A model generated the notes under the pieces. That model worked only from the letters and a program-made list of their open reading frames with translations. It was not told the origin of the DNA and did no database searches. 64,000 nt of DNA from Vicugna vicugna (Eukaryota). Shown here one piece after another: positions 30,613-45,399 of this stretch (position 1 is the stretch's first letter; every line of letters starts with the position of its first letter). The stretch spans positions 254,264 to 318,263 of the forward strand of contig MU058716.1 of assembly GCA_013265495.1 (NCBI GenBank), read 5' to 3'. The translations under genes were made by a program, and so were the position numbers.

Positions 30613-31279
30613 GTAAGTTTGATGGTTGCTTAAATGTATTATAAAAAATCAGTATTAGAAAATGAAAGGTGAGGAGAATGTCAAATTAATTTGTTTTTGT
30701 AGAGTTTTTCAGAAAAGTAGATGAAATTAAATTATTAAAAATAAAACCTGATGTGTATAATTTGGCATTCATTTAAGGAATGAATAGATCATTTCTATAG
30801 TCTTTTCCTAGGAAATAATCAAAGGAGAAAATATCCCATTTTACAAAGTTTGGGTTTGAAAGTATGATTGCTTTAAAATAGTTTGCATTACTTTTCATAG
30901 AGATTTTATTTTATCTGAAGTTTAAAGGGAATATGATGAAAAATGTTTGATAACCTTTAAAGGAAACTTGATTACAAGGTTGTAAGATTTTTAAAAAGTA
31001 TTTGTTTCATGTCAGAAATTAAAGAACTGCTCAAAACTCACCTAGGTGTTCCCACTGAAACTGGTGTTGGTTTTTTATTGATCATTAAGTGTTGGTTAGA
31101 TTTTTGACTTGTTTATAGGTTTTTTTTTTAATTTATCTGCCAATGTGTATTTTAAGTTCTTCAGTGCATGTCCATGATTTTTAAAATGTAAGCTTTAGGC
31201 TGGTGAAGACCCTTGGTCTCATTTTGTGAGGCTGCCACGTTCCTCCTTGAGGAGGCTCCTTCCTGAGAGTTTCTGTTGA

Positions 31280-31594
<315 letters not shown>

Positions 31595-32554
31595 TAGGCC
31601 TTTGGTACGATAATGTCCTAGAAATTACTCCGCTAGCACACAGAGACATTCATGGTAGCCTCTGAGTGACACCAGGAAATAATCCATCAGCAGGTGGCGA
31701 ATGAATGTACAGCGATATAGTCGTGGCGGGGGTGCACATGCTGTGTTGGAGGACACAGGCTCTCTGCGTGTTGGTACAGAATCACCCACAGGATGAGCAG
31801 TGTTAACTTTGCAAAAGACGTGTTATTCACAAGTCAACGTGGCTGAAATATTCCTTTAAGTACAAGTTTTGGAGTACATTTGAATTTCAGTTCATTTTTA
31901 CATCATTTTAGCTTACATGCTGATGAGAATAAGTAGTAACTGATTCATGTTTGTCCTGAGTTACTCGGTACTTGATAATTTTCCTGTATGGTAGACACTG
32001 GATGTGCAGTCCTTTTAAAATATACAAAAAAAAACTTACCTATTAATTTTTAAAGGTAATGTTAACAAAGTTTTTTATATCCCAGGGCTAGAGGTCCAAA
32101 TTTTCTGACCTGGTGATGACAGAGTTTTGAACAATTTCAAAGAAATAGGTTTCTCCGTGACCCCATTGATGGCATTAAATACATGTCTCAGTGTCCTCCT
32201 TTTAAAACTGACTGCAGACTCAGGTGCTCCCAGTACCTTCCACGTGTGTCTGATGCTGTCTGTAAGCCTTACAGAGTGTTTCACACACGGTGATGGAGCA
32301 TTCTTTAGTGTTGAAGCAGTGTACAGATTTATAGGAAGGCTCTTGTCTTAAAGGGAGATTTGTCATTTCATAAATATGTTTTAATTCACTTACTTAATCT
32401 GCATTAAAAAAAAAAAGAAGGGAATTTTGGGAAGGGTCTGAGTAGCTGTTTTGGGTCACGACTAGCACACGCCTGTGTGACGTGCGAGCAGGACCCTGGT
32501 CAGACCTGCTGGCAGAGCGTGCTTATCAGTGTGCTTTATTATTTTTGTTTTTAA

Positions 32555-32803
<249 letters not shown>

Positions 32804-32892
32804 TAAGCAGCTGCCGGGCTGCCTTTCTTCCAGTCAGAGGATTGTCACTGGTAAAGGGACAAGTTATGTCGATTTGGAATGAAAGGTGCTGA

Positions 32893-33108
<216 letters not shown>

Positions 33109-33654
33109 TAAGGAATTGTAATAGTTGTGTTCATGTTACATGACTTTAAATATTTTTCCAAAGTCTAAAGGGCTCATGTGATATAAAAATACATTCATAA
33201 GTTGTGGGTAGTCTGCCTTGTAGGAAGAGTATAAATTATTGTGATTACTAATATTAAAGTAAAATGCTTTGAGAGTCAGACAGTTCTTTGTCAAAGCACA
33301 TCTCTTATTCTTAGTAAATCTGTTACCTGGCTTAAGCAATATTAAATTACAAAAATTTTGATATTAGAAGAAAGTTTAGGATCCAGTACTTAAACAGTCA
33401 CTCTCATTTTTCATTTGAATGTTGAGCCATTTTAATAATTCATCTTATAAAAGTTAGTTTTATTTCTGGGCTGTAATTTAGGTAAATATATAGACTGAAG
33501 TATCCTAGAAAAAATGGATGGAAACTGGAAAATGCAAGTAAAAATGGTTTGTAAATGTGACTAAATAGAAACTTTAGAATACTTACCAAAAGTTTTTAAA
33601 TAGACGCTGGAGACCACGCCCTTGACGGCTGTTGAGCTGTAACTCACACACCAC

Positions 33655-33976
33655 ACGGCTCAGTTCGTTCCAGCAGGTGTGACAGAGCGCGCGCGGCCTG
33701 GGCAGCTTGTCAACAGCAGAGCCTGAGTTCTCGCACAGGTCCGTAGGCTGGACGGTCAAGGTCAGGGTGCCAGTCCTCTGCGGGTCACAGACTGCTGGCT
33801 GGGTACCCATGTGGTGGCAGGGGCTGGGGATTGTAAGAGCGCTAATGCCACTGGGTGAGGGCTGCTACCTCATGATCCAAACACCGGCCAGAGGCCCAAC
33901 TTCCTAAAATCAGCACATTGGGCACCAGAATTTCAACGTACGAATTTGAGGAGACACAGACTTTCAGATCACAGCA
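33655..33976 (-). mobile_element. MaLR (MLT1-like) LTR
   Basis: ...gtcaaggtcagggtgccag...aatttcaacgtacgaatttgaggagacacagactttcagatcacagca resembles a MaLR LTR end. Confidence 0.65.
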
Positions 33977-33979
33977 CTC

Positions 33980-34505
33980 TACGGTTCACTCATTTCAAGT
34001 GTCCACTTTCAGTGGTTTTCAGTGTATTCACAGAGCTGTGCAGCCATCAGCACCATTAATTTTAGAACATTGTTATTACCCTAAAAGAAACTGTTTTCCC
34101 ATTCGTCATTCCTCACTGTGCCCACCTTCGTCCCGCCGCCCCAGCCCCAGGCAGGCTGTGCTCCTCCTCTGTAGAGTTGCCTGGTTTAAGAGTCTCATGC
34201 TCTACCGACTGAGCTAGCCGGGGGGAGATTAGAGTTGCCTGGTTTAGACAGGACTCATGGTCCCTTGGGACTGACTTCACGCACTTCGCAGGGTGTTGGG
34301 TCCATCCTGCCGTCCTGGGTCAGCAGTGCCCCCTTTTCACTGCCGAATGGTGTTCTGTCGTGCGGGTGCACCACATCCTGTTTTTGCCCATCAGTGATGG
34401 CGTGTGCGCCCTTCCTGCCTTTTCGGCATGTGCATAATTCTGCTACGGAGATGACATTCACGCACAAGGTTTTGATAGGATGAGCATGTTTTCATTCCTC
34501 TTGAA
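33980..34505 (-). mobile_element. Old L1M 3' remnant hosting the tRNA-half insertion
   Basis: ttcagtggttttcagtgtattcacagagctgtgcagccatcagcacc...ttttagaacatt. Confidence 0.65.
34186..34222 (-). pseudogene. 5'-half tRNA-Lys(CTT) tailless retropseudogene with 17-bp TSD
   Basis: Minus strand CCCGGCTAGCTCAGTCGGTAGAGCATGAGACTCTTAA matches nt 2-38 of vertebrate tRNA-Lys-CTT as recalled. Flanked by the direct repeat tagagttgcctggttta at 34172-34188 and 34230-34246. Confidence 0.9.
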
Positions 34506-34799
34506 ACTGACCCTTTTTGATTCTCTAACTCACCAGAAGAGGCCTCTTATTTCTCAATCGGGTAGAAGTTTGGGCAGCATTTTTTCCCAGCAGGATCTTC
34601 ATTATCTATTAGTCTTTAAATATTTGGGTAGTAACTGAAGGTTGTGAATCAGGTTATGCGTATGCTCATGAAGTTTAAAATGATAAACTGTTCCTTCATT
34701 ACACTGTTTCCTAGAGATGCTCACAATGTGTAGTTTCAATCTTTTTTAAAAGTACGTTATTTTTGTTTCTTTCAAAATAAAGATTATAAAACAAATAAC

Positions 34800-34985
34800 A
34801 CAGTGTAAGCTCTGGAATCAAAATTCCTGGTTTTAAACGTCTGTTCTGTCATTTACTGTGCTCTGTGACTTTGGGCAGATAACTTTCTAATTTTCCTGTT
34901 AACTGGTAATACCACCTCAACTGTTGATATGAAGATGAAACAAGAGAATGTGAAGCACTTAGCTGGTCTAGTAAGAACTCAAGAA
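34800..34985 (+). mobile_element. MIR SINE
   Basis: gctctggaatcaaa...catttactgtgctctgtgactttgggcagataac. Confidence 0.6.
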
Positions 34986-37744
34986 GTGGTCTTGATGGTG
35001 GAAGAAGCAGTAGTTAATGGCGACAGGAGTGGTAAGAGCAGATTCGCATGGACGACCAGGTGGATTTTGAGATGCCGCACTAAGACAGACTTTCAGAATA
35101 GGAGTCTAATTTAGGATTCTTCGCATCTTTGAGAAGGCGGAAAGCACAAACCATGCTAGAAACTATGGAGAAGTGCACCCGTCTGGATGGGCAGACTGTG
35201 ATCCCAGAGAAGGGGGTGGGGGGAGTGGGGGGGGGGACCAGGTAAAGCACTCTGAAGTATTTGTGACCAGGCAAGAAAAAGAAAACTGACCTCTTGCCTT
35301 TGGCAGCTTTAAAACTTATTCCTTCTTAAGAGCCGGCTTTAATAAATTTTCTTTTTAACTTTGTTGTTCTCTTTCCCCTTGAGATAATTATTTTGCAGTA
35401 ATTACTGGAATATTGGAATAAGCCCCTTAAACTTAATTTATTAACAAATGGCCTTCCCCAGGTCCCGGTGTCCTCATTTCCAGACAAGGCAGCGTGTTTC
35501 TCTCTGGCTGCCGAATGGCGGTTCCGGGAGTGCTGTTCTCTCCACTTGGACTTTCTCTGGTTACCAGTAGAGGGAGTCTGTCCTTTCATTTTTTTTCCCC
35601 TAGTAAATCCAAGTTTTCAGTTACATAAGAATGAAAATTAGTCTGTGTATTTAATAGTGTACATTTTTTAATCTTAAGTTAATTAATTCATCTTGCCTTA
35701 ATGATCATTTGTATATTTCACATCTTTACCTTAAATATAGCTGACTATCAGAAATCATGTCCATTTTACATAAATGTATCTTAAAACTACAGAATTAAGC
35801 TTTATTTAAAAGTAATTTATTTTGCATATTAGAACAATAAATCTTAATTGTTATCCTCTGTCTGTACCTGGTCCCCAAACCTGAATAATACTGAAGAGGT
35901 GCAAAATCGTGTGTATTAATGCAGCTCCATTTGAAGCAAATAAGCTCAAGTGTGAGATGTTCATTTTTGAGGTTCTTTGAGCTCTAATTAATGCCCTCAA
36001 ATGGGATTTGAAAAATGCTGCCTCTTAGCCTGACTGTTGTGACTGTTAAGTCTGACTTTAAAATGAGGTTTAGTCAAGGTATATTTCTTATTAATACACT
36101 TTGATAGCAATTATTTAATGGTGTAATTAAGCAAGATTCTACAGCTTTTATCTTATAACACCAGGTGAATTTGTAATACTCTAATTTGGAACTGAATCCT
36201 TTGGTTCTTTACTGGCTGTAGAAAGGAGAATCTTTATCACCAGATTTTAACTTGAAGGTAAAGGAGTGTTGGGCGTACTGAGGGCACCGTCAGTAAACCG
36301 TTCCTGAGGGCACTGGTTGCTGGGAGTATAAAGAGAGAAAGCGTGTGCCTCAGAGCGTGGACTAGACATCCTAAAGCTAGCTTTGCACTATATTAATTTA
36401 TAAAGAGCATTTCCAAGGTTGGTTTTATTAGTTTCAGAAATGTTTTATCTTGCTTTTGTCTACAAACTCATTGTAAGTGTTTCATAGTTAAACTACAAAG
36501 TGTGTCATGATCGCTGGGTCTTGTCGGCACCCGTGGGGATGGCTGGTTAGTCAGGCGAACCTCTGAGACCCTTTACGATGCACTTTGGTTCTGTCTAGGT
36601 TAGGGCGAGGCAGGAAAGTTTCCGTGTTCCATGTGCCAGTCCCGTCGCATTTGTCGTGTGGAGGGGTTGGTGTGTTTGCTCACAGAGGAGGGTGCCCACA
36701 GGAGGGAAGGGTGCTGAGCGTCACCCCCATGACTAGGCGGACTTGGAGCAACCCCTGAAGGACTCACCGAGTCCCGGCTGGCACCGTGATGTTCTGCTGT
36801 GAGGTGGTCAGATGCTGCCGGTAGCTTTCTTTAAACTTCTTTTTGAGAGCACGGAAGGTCAAGTTTGAAACACAGATAAAAGCTTTACGTATATTACGTC
36901 TGGCACATCGTGCTGAAAGTATGTTCGCGATTGAATTGTGACAAAATGCGTTTCCTTATTTTTCAGGTTTATAAGGAAGTTGAGGTTTTGCCCTTTTTAC
37001 ATTTTAGCATCATTTTCTCACTGTAATTATGCACTAGCTCTTTTAAAGATGTGAACTCTGTGTTTATGGTCTGACGTCCTACATTCAATCCAAGGAAGGA
37101 GTTTTTAAAATTTCAAAGCTAGGTTAATAGTTTTTTTTTTTAAGAGTTTAGGAAAGTTTAATAGGGACACTGCTATAGGCAACAGCAGGCCCACAGGCGA
37201 GAGGTGCCTGTGTGAGGCTGTAAACAGAATGTTAAATTTAATAACATCAACAGAAGCTACAAAGGCGAGTACTCCGGGCTGTGTTTGTATGTGGGAGTTA
37301 AATCGAAGATGTCACTTTAGTAGCATCCACTGGTGTTAATTGACCTGACCCTTCAGCAAGGGTGTCTGTTGGCAAATAGGAGATGAGGAATGGAAGTACG
37401 CTTTCTATTTTCATATTGAAATGTATATGAGAGTGTTTTTGGTCAGTGATTTGTATTTATAAAGTCCAAATTGATATCATTCAAAATGATAATTTCTGAG
37501 TTTATACCAAAAGTCAGATTTGCAGGGCCGTGGATTGGGGGAGAATATGGCCTGATGTGAGTGAGCAGAGCTGGGCTCCAGTTTGCGCAGTCTTCATCAG
37601 GAGCTTGCATGCGTGTTTCCTCACCGGTACAACCAAGAAATGTGCCACGTGGGCTGTAGTCTCTCCTAACACGAGCTTTCCTGTTACGTTTTTAGTATAC
37701 TGAGAGCCACATGAGTTGTGTTGTAGTAGCTGAAAATAATGTGA

Positions 37745-37855
<111 letters not shown>

Positions 37856-40800
37856 TAGTTTAATGGAACTTACCTGATGTGTTAAAAATTTGGAAAAAGA
37901 TTTCTGTATAGTCTCGTTATAGTTTTTTTTCTTCCCTGATTACAGTTTTTAACCTTCTCTTCATCTTTCTGGTTACCATTAAAGCAACTAATAATGACGT
38001 TCAAGTGCAGCACTTTTTAATAGTATTTTATGGTTATGCTGCTTCTAAAGGAAGTTTCTGAATCTTACAATGGTTTATTACATTCCTGTAGCAAGCCACT
38101 TTTTATAGATATTAAAACCCAGACTTGATGAGTCAGATATTCCTGAAAACCTGTTTTCTCTAGATATGCCAGGTCGCCTCAGAGATTTCCCGAACTACTG
38201 CAGCATCACAGGGAGACCCGCCCTCTGATTTTTATTTGTGGTGCTGTAGTGAACGGCAGTAGAAGACACTTTCCCAGAATGTCCCAGTAAACTTCCAGTA
38301 CTTTCCAGTTTTACGAAAGTTTCATCAAAATCTGATTTCCTTAGCTTTTTTCTGGAGCAGTGGGGTCACTTACTGGAAAGTAGGATTAATACCTTAAATG
38401 CCTGGAGACTGTGTGCAGTTACTCTAAGCTGCCTGAAGCTGTTATTGGTAAAGAAGACACTCTGATCTTACCTACTTTCGCTAAAGCTATGCTTTGAAGC
38501 GTGCATTGAGCCAGCTTTCCCTCTGTGTAAGAAGACAGTGTGACTGTGTTAACGTTTCCAGAGACGGTACAGGAAAATCAGAGCAGTGCCGTAACTTCGC
38601 TAGGAAGTTCACTCACCTGAAAGAAGCTTCATCTGCGTGGTCTCCCTGAAGTGCCATCAGTTGATTACTTTACACTTAGACTAGGACGTCCCAGTTAGTC
38701 TAGTCAGTGATACATACAGTACATTTTAATTAGTACATGGTAACACACATTATGTTAAGTTTACTGAACAAGTTGGGCGTTTTATGTTTTCAATAGTTTG
38801 TGAAATAGATGTTCATCGACATTCTTAAGTGGTCACTTAGGAGCTAGCCTTGAATTTTACATCTATTGTGAGTTTTTTCTGTTCTCATTTAGTGTATATA
38901 ATTGACTTTAAGGAAAAAACATCCCTGGACCGGTGCTTTAATGTACTTGAATTAAATTTACTTTTACTTCCTCTAAATATCTGTCTTGGGGAGTTTAAAC
39001 TCTCTTCATAACAATCAGTCTGTTTCCTGAAGTGATTTTGATGAGGGACTCACTCTTTTGATGTTTGGCAACTAGGTGTACGGAGGATGAAAGAAAAAAC
39101 TATGTACATAGCTTCTGCCATTGGGATTTGGCCTGAAAACTGTTAGCAGTAATGCCTAAGCAGGAGAGAGAACAACTTACCTTTCTCTTTGCTGAAGTAA
39201 ATTCCCAAACTGGTCCGTAATAACCAGATTTTGGGAGCTCTTTCCTTTGTTTTGTCTTGTTTTAGTGTCTTGTGTCTGTGTCTTAGTTAAAGCCAAACAG
39301 TTTCTTCCTTTTGAAAAGAGATGTTAACCTTGTAAATTTATTTCTTAATTTGAATCACTGAAAGCACTGAAAATACCTGTGATCTTATCAGTGAAACTGT
39401 TGAGTGAAGTTTTATTTTGTTTTTGTATGTATGTGCGTATATATGCATGTATTCATTCATTCATTCATTCATTTAACAAAAGGACCTCAAGCAACACCTG
39501 TGTTTAGGGCTCTTGCTGCAGGGCGCCTGCATGTGTCCTGAGGCTCCTGGGCACCTTTAAAACGCTGGCTCTGAGCCTAGACCCATCACTGGGAGTTCTC
39601 TTTCTTGAGAACCTCTCTCTTATAAAAGTATGTAATCAGAATTGCTCTTTCCCAGTCCATTTCCACATTCCCAAGTATTTCTGTATTGTAAGACGAGCTT
39701 TGCAAATGGTTGGAGAGAGGCTGTAAATTTGGAGAAATTTAGAATCAGAAGATGTATAGGGTTCTGTCTGCCTCCTAGCTTTGCGATCTTCAGCAAGACG
39801 CTTAACTTTTCTCAGCCTGTTTCCTCATCTTTATCTTTATAAAATTCACTTATCAATTCAGAGAGCATCTTCTGTGTCCCAGCTACTTTTGCATGCCGAG
39901 CAGACAGAGCCTTCACCCCCAGACAGCCGACGTGCAGTAGGAGGACCTAAGTGTTTTGACGGTGCGAGGGGTCGGGTGTTTCGGTCTCCAGGCCCAGGGT
40001 GTCCTGTGTCACAGAGTGCTGGGGCAAACAGCTGCTGGCGAGGGGAAGCTTCTGCGCTAACACCTCAGTTTGGTTTTCAGGGTTGAGTAGGACTGAGTCA
40101 GGTTAGGCAAAGAGCAGCGCTGGGAGTGGATGGCCGTCAGAGGTGAGCATTTTAAGAAGGAAGTAATCTGCGGTACCAGACATGACAAAGATGAGAGAGA
40201 TGCAACCCAGGGGCTTGTGACAAGGACGCTGGATGGAATTGTTCTCAGAGAACAAGAGATAAAGAGATATGAATGGGGAACCCAGAAATTATTTCAGCAT
40301 CTGGATGTGAGTAGTTTCACTTGTGCCAGAGCAAGAAGCTGCAGGTGTGGCTGAGACAGTGGAGTGGTGGCCGGAGGGTGACACGTGCACGTCGCTGCAC
40401 AGGTGTGGGGTCTCTCTTTGTCCCCGTGAGAATCTCGCCGTGTTGCCACACATGCCCGAAACAGGAGCGACTCTCTGTCGTTGACTGAATTTTCTGTTCG
40501 GTTTCCGGTACTTTCACAGCTAAGATTATGAGGGGCTTTGGGATTCTCTAACATCCAGGTCACACTCAGACTTCCGTGTTTGTCCTCACAGTGACTGCGG
40601 GTCTTAACCGTCACCAGAGATGCCCTTTCGCACTTGACCATGGTGTCTCCCCCGAACCCCTCAGCCCTCCTTTCGCTTTTCTGAGGGGACCGGACGGTCA
40701 TGTCACAGAACCTCCAGCGTCTGGGTTTGTCCAATTACTTGGTTGCCGTGTGTTTTGTTTGTTTTCTGGCCCTGACTTCCTGTGAGGTGGGAGTCGGGGC

Positions 40801-43060
40801 CCAGGGTTGGATCACAGCAGGTGAGCTGCAGCTGGCGGCCACGTCCTCAGCAGCCCCATGTCCTGAGGCTGCGGTAGGGTAGAGGCTGGTGCCAGGCTGT
40901 CCCGTCATCCAGAGGTGCCTGCGTGGTCCGGGTGGCGCCCCCCTTTTGAGGAACTTGGCCCTCTTCAGTGAGCAGGTGACCCGAGGGGTGACTCTGAGAT
41001 CCCACGCAAATGCCCCTCCAGGGACAGCTTTACCTGGTGGTTTAGACCCACCGGGGTCATGCGTGAATCAGTTGTGTCTCCCCTCGTCGCAGGTCGGTGG
41101 CATTCTGTCGTACACTCGGCAGCTGGTAGCTGACCGTCTTCTGTGAAGGAGAGCTTTCCCATAGAGACTCGGTTGCTGACCGGGTGCGGCGAGGAACTCG
41201 GATGGGTCTGCCGGGAGGGTCCTGCCTGCCCTGTCTCTGTTGCTGGAGAGTGTGCCTCAAGTGGTGTGCAGTGTGCCTGTCAAAGCGCATGTGTCAGGCT
41301 GGGAGTCTCTCAGAGGTCGTCCCCCATCCTGGGGGTTCAGGGACCTCTTTGTCATTTTCCTTCTCTGCTTATGGGGCAGGAACTAAATGCATCATCCCGA
41401 TTTGGGGTTTCCTTCCCTGCCCCCAGTGGTCCTCCACCCTTTCGCCAGGGTTTCCAGCTGTGAGGTAATAAGAAGATGGTGCTGAAAAAAGTGGGAGGAG
41501 ATCCGTGTACCCCCGATAGCGAAAACTTACTGCAAAGTAGCATCAAAAAGGCATAATACAAACAAATAAGTTTTCCTCTTTTAAGGGCTGCAGATGGACT
41601 TGGTGCCAGGAGCTGATGCTTTGACTCCTAGCTTGCACTGTCTCCGATGCCCACTGGGCTCTGGCGGCAGAAGCCTTGTTCTGCAGCCACGGTGACAGCT
41701 CGGTGGCGGTCTAGCTGTCACCGTGGCGCTCCATGCATTAGTGTGTACCTGTTTCTGGGACAGGATTAAGCAGTTGTTGCATAAGTGATATCATGCAGTT
41801 TATGTGGTTTTTTTCACCTCTCACCACTTTTCCCAAACTTAAACTTTGAGGTGAGGACCTTAAAGTGCTCTTTATTGCTGGGACAGCCCTACTGACAATG
41901 CTCCACTTAAACTCCACATGACCTGGATAGCCCAGTCAATACGGTAACCCTCCTTTCATGGAAACTCAGAGATTAGGAGTTTTTTCTCTAGGTGTTTCTA
42001 TCCAAACAATTTTGAAAAATATTTTTGAGTATCTTTTTTTTTTTTAACAAATCAAGGCGTAGTGCCAATTAGAATAGGCATCTGTGTGGTGTTAATAGGT
42101 TGGAGAATTGACTTATATTCTTTAAAAGCTCTAATTACATAATGAATTAAATATATATCATTAAACAATAGAGCACAAAATCTTGATCAGAGTTACTAAT
42201 TACCAACAGGGAGAATGCAGCCTCTGGGGTGAGTTCATGTGAAATACAGCTCCCTCGAGTTACCAGGTAGAGCCCTAAACCCAAATTTCATGCTGGTTTA
42301 GCTGGTAGTTCACTCGCAGCCTAGTAGTGCAGGGTGTGTGAGAGAGAGAGTGTCACTGAATCATGGCTTTATGCTGCAGGAGGCATCTTTTTGACCTGCA
42401 TGAACTGTCTCTTACATAGTATAAGCACAGGCCTGTGTAGCACGCTTTTTCAGAGCGCGGCCCCTGGGATGGGCAGGGGTGTGTCTGCTGGAGTCGGCAT
42501 GTCTTCTGGGCTCAGGTGGTGTAGAGTCTGGAACATTTGTGTTCTGTCAGCTGTTTCAGCAAAGTAATGGATCTGCGCATTTGTCTCTGTTCCCATTTGT
42601 ATTTGCTCCTACAAAATTACTGATAAGAAGAATGTCATTTATGAGGCAAAATAGCATCTCTTTACTAAGGCAGCAGTGATGGTTTAGACGGGGCCGCCAT
42701 GCACGTGTCCTTGCGTGTGCGGGAACCTTCCAGGGGTAGACCAGAAGCACACGAGAGGCAGTGCTGGGAGCAGGCTGTCACGCTCGCCTTCGTCTGTGTC
42801 CGTTTCCATCTGTCTGTCTGTTTCTGTTCCTGCCCCCACCCCCTCACTGGTTTTTTTGCCCAGATCTTAGCCTTCCCATTAGTATTTAAAGACATCATTT
42901 ACGCCTGCCGGCAATGGTATGACAGCTTAACTGTGACTTCTGCTACACACTCAAAACTGATAGCCCTCCCTCCCCCAGCCCCTACTACTGGCAGGAATAG
43001 CTGTTGGACGGTTTCATGAGTTCTTCAGTTCACTCTTTCAAGAGAAAGCATCTGATATAA

Positions 43061-43552
<492 letters not shown>

Positions 43553-45057
43553 TGACTCCAGACGGATTCTGGTTGAGTTTTTAAACCGCCGTCTGTCACA
43601 AACCTTTCTGGTTTCTTTCACATGTTCAGTTGGTGTGTAATTACACGGCTCTGTCACAGGAGACGACCGCCCTCTGGTGTCCATGCGCCTTTAGTGCCCG
43701 TCTCCGTCTCAGAGCCCCTCGCGCTCCCGCCCGCGGGCTTCAGGCCTCAGCTAACCCCCGTGTGTGTGACTACCTGTCGTGGGAATAGCATACCAACAGT
43801 GGATCCTGTTTTTCTCTATAACTTTTTACTCTCGTAACACATTCTTGTTGTTATACTGTATCTTAGATACTTCTAAATGGTTAAAATAGCAACAGATATG
43901 AACACATATGAGTTAAATCTCCTGCTTCAAATTATTGTGCCTGTTAGAAAAAATTCTTGTAAATGAAGTTTCACTTTTATTTTGGTTCACGGCCTGCCGC
44001 CTGTCTGTCACCAGTTCATTTTGCTAACATCCCAAGGTTGTGATGGCTTTTGTAGCCTGTAATTGAACTAAATGGCATTTATGCTGAAGTTCAGGCTTTT
44101 CTTAATTTAGAGAAATGATTAATTTTTCTACTACAGAATATTAATAGTATTAAATTCTTAATATTAAGGTTTTACTTAAGGCAGTTAATTAATGATTAAA
44201 AGTTTCTAAGCTTTAAGTTTAAAATTTTAAGCTTAATTAAGTACTTAAAAAGTTGGTAAGTATTTTTCTAAAACATGTTATTTTTGCTACCCAGAAATGT
44301 ACAAAATAAATACTGATTGGCTGTTGACGCTGTAAATTTAAACATGAAGCTGGCATTCCTTAGCAGACTTTCTTTGGTTGTTATTGAGAAAGTGCCATCT
44401 GCCGAGTCCTGCTGGTGGAGAAATTCCACCATGTGACATGAGTGGCTCTCTTCAGTCCGACAGAGCAGTTGTGATTCTGAAAGCTGGCCTAGCAGCTCCC
44501 ACGTGAGGACGGCCCCGGCTCCTGAACAGAACATGCACTGGGGAGTAGTGTTGGCGTCACGGAGGGTCATGGAGAGGTGACCCTCGTGTGCCACTAGAAA
44601 CAGCCAGCTTCTGTAGTCAGGTTGTTTTTAGTTGTTTTGTTATTGCAGTGTTCAGAAAAAACATTTGGTTGTTCAGTTTTTCAAAATGTGACTGAAAAAT
44701 TATGAGCCTTGGTGTTTCACTCAAATTAAAATGTTCCAATTGTTTTTGTTTAAGCCCTCGAGCTTGACTCTCGTCTTACCCGACGGTAACATGTATATAA
44801 CAGCTGGGCCAGAAAATAGCTGTTTTCAAAATCGAAGCTGATTAATTCTATCAAGTGTAAAATTAGAAAAGAATTGTTTGTTGCTTCATTGTTTGACAGA
44901 AGACAATTATTTTTCTCTTAAATAACATATATAGTATAAAAGATCCTGAGAGTGTAGTCTCTGCTTGATCGTTATTTAATTTCACACATATTTTTGCAGA
45001 GTTGTTATTTAGAGATTTTATTTTTTATAAATGTAAATGGATTATTTTTAATTGTAG

Positions 45058-45171
<114 letters not shown>

Positions 45172-45399
45172 TGACGCCGGGTCCCGGGAGGCACCTGGTC
45201 CCCGGACACTGCAAGTGGTGACACCGCGACAGAAGTGGAACTTTGCTCGTTGAAATTATGCCGCGTCTCCTCTGGTTTATTCTGTGCACTTACCAGCCTC
45301 ACACACCAAGTCTCTGCCAGTATCTGAGATTCTAAAAGTTGGGTGTAGTGAGTGTCTAAGGAAGAGGTGTCATACGTCAGTCCTATTTGCTCTTTTGTT

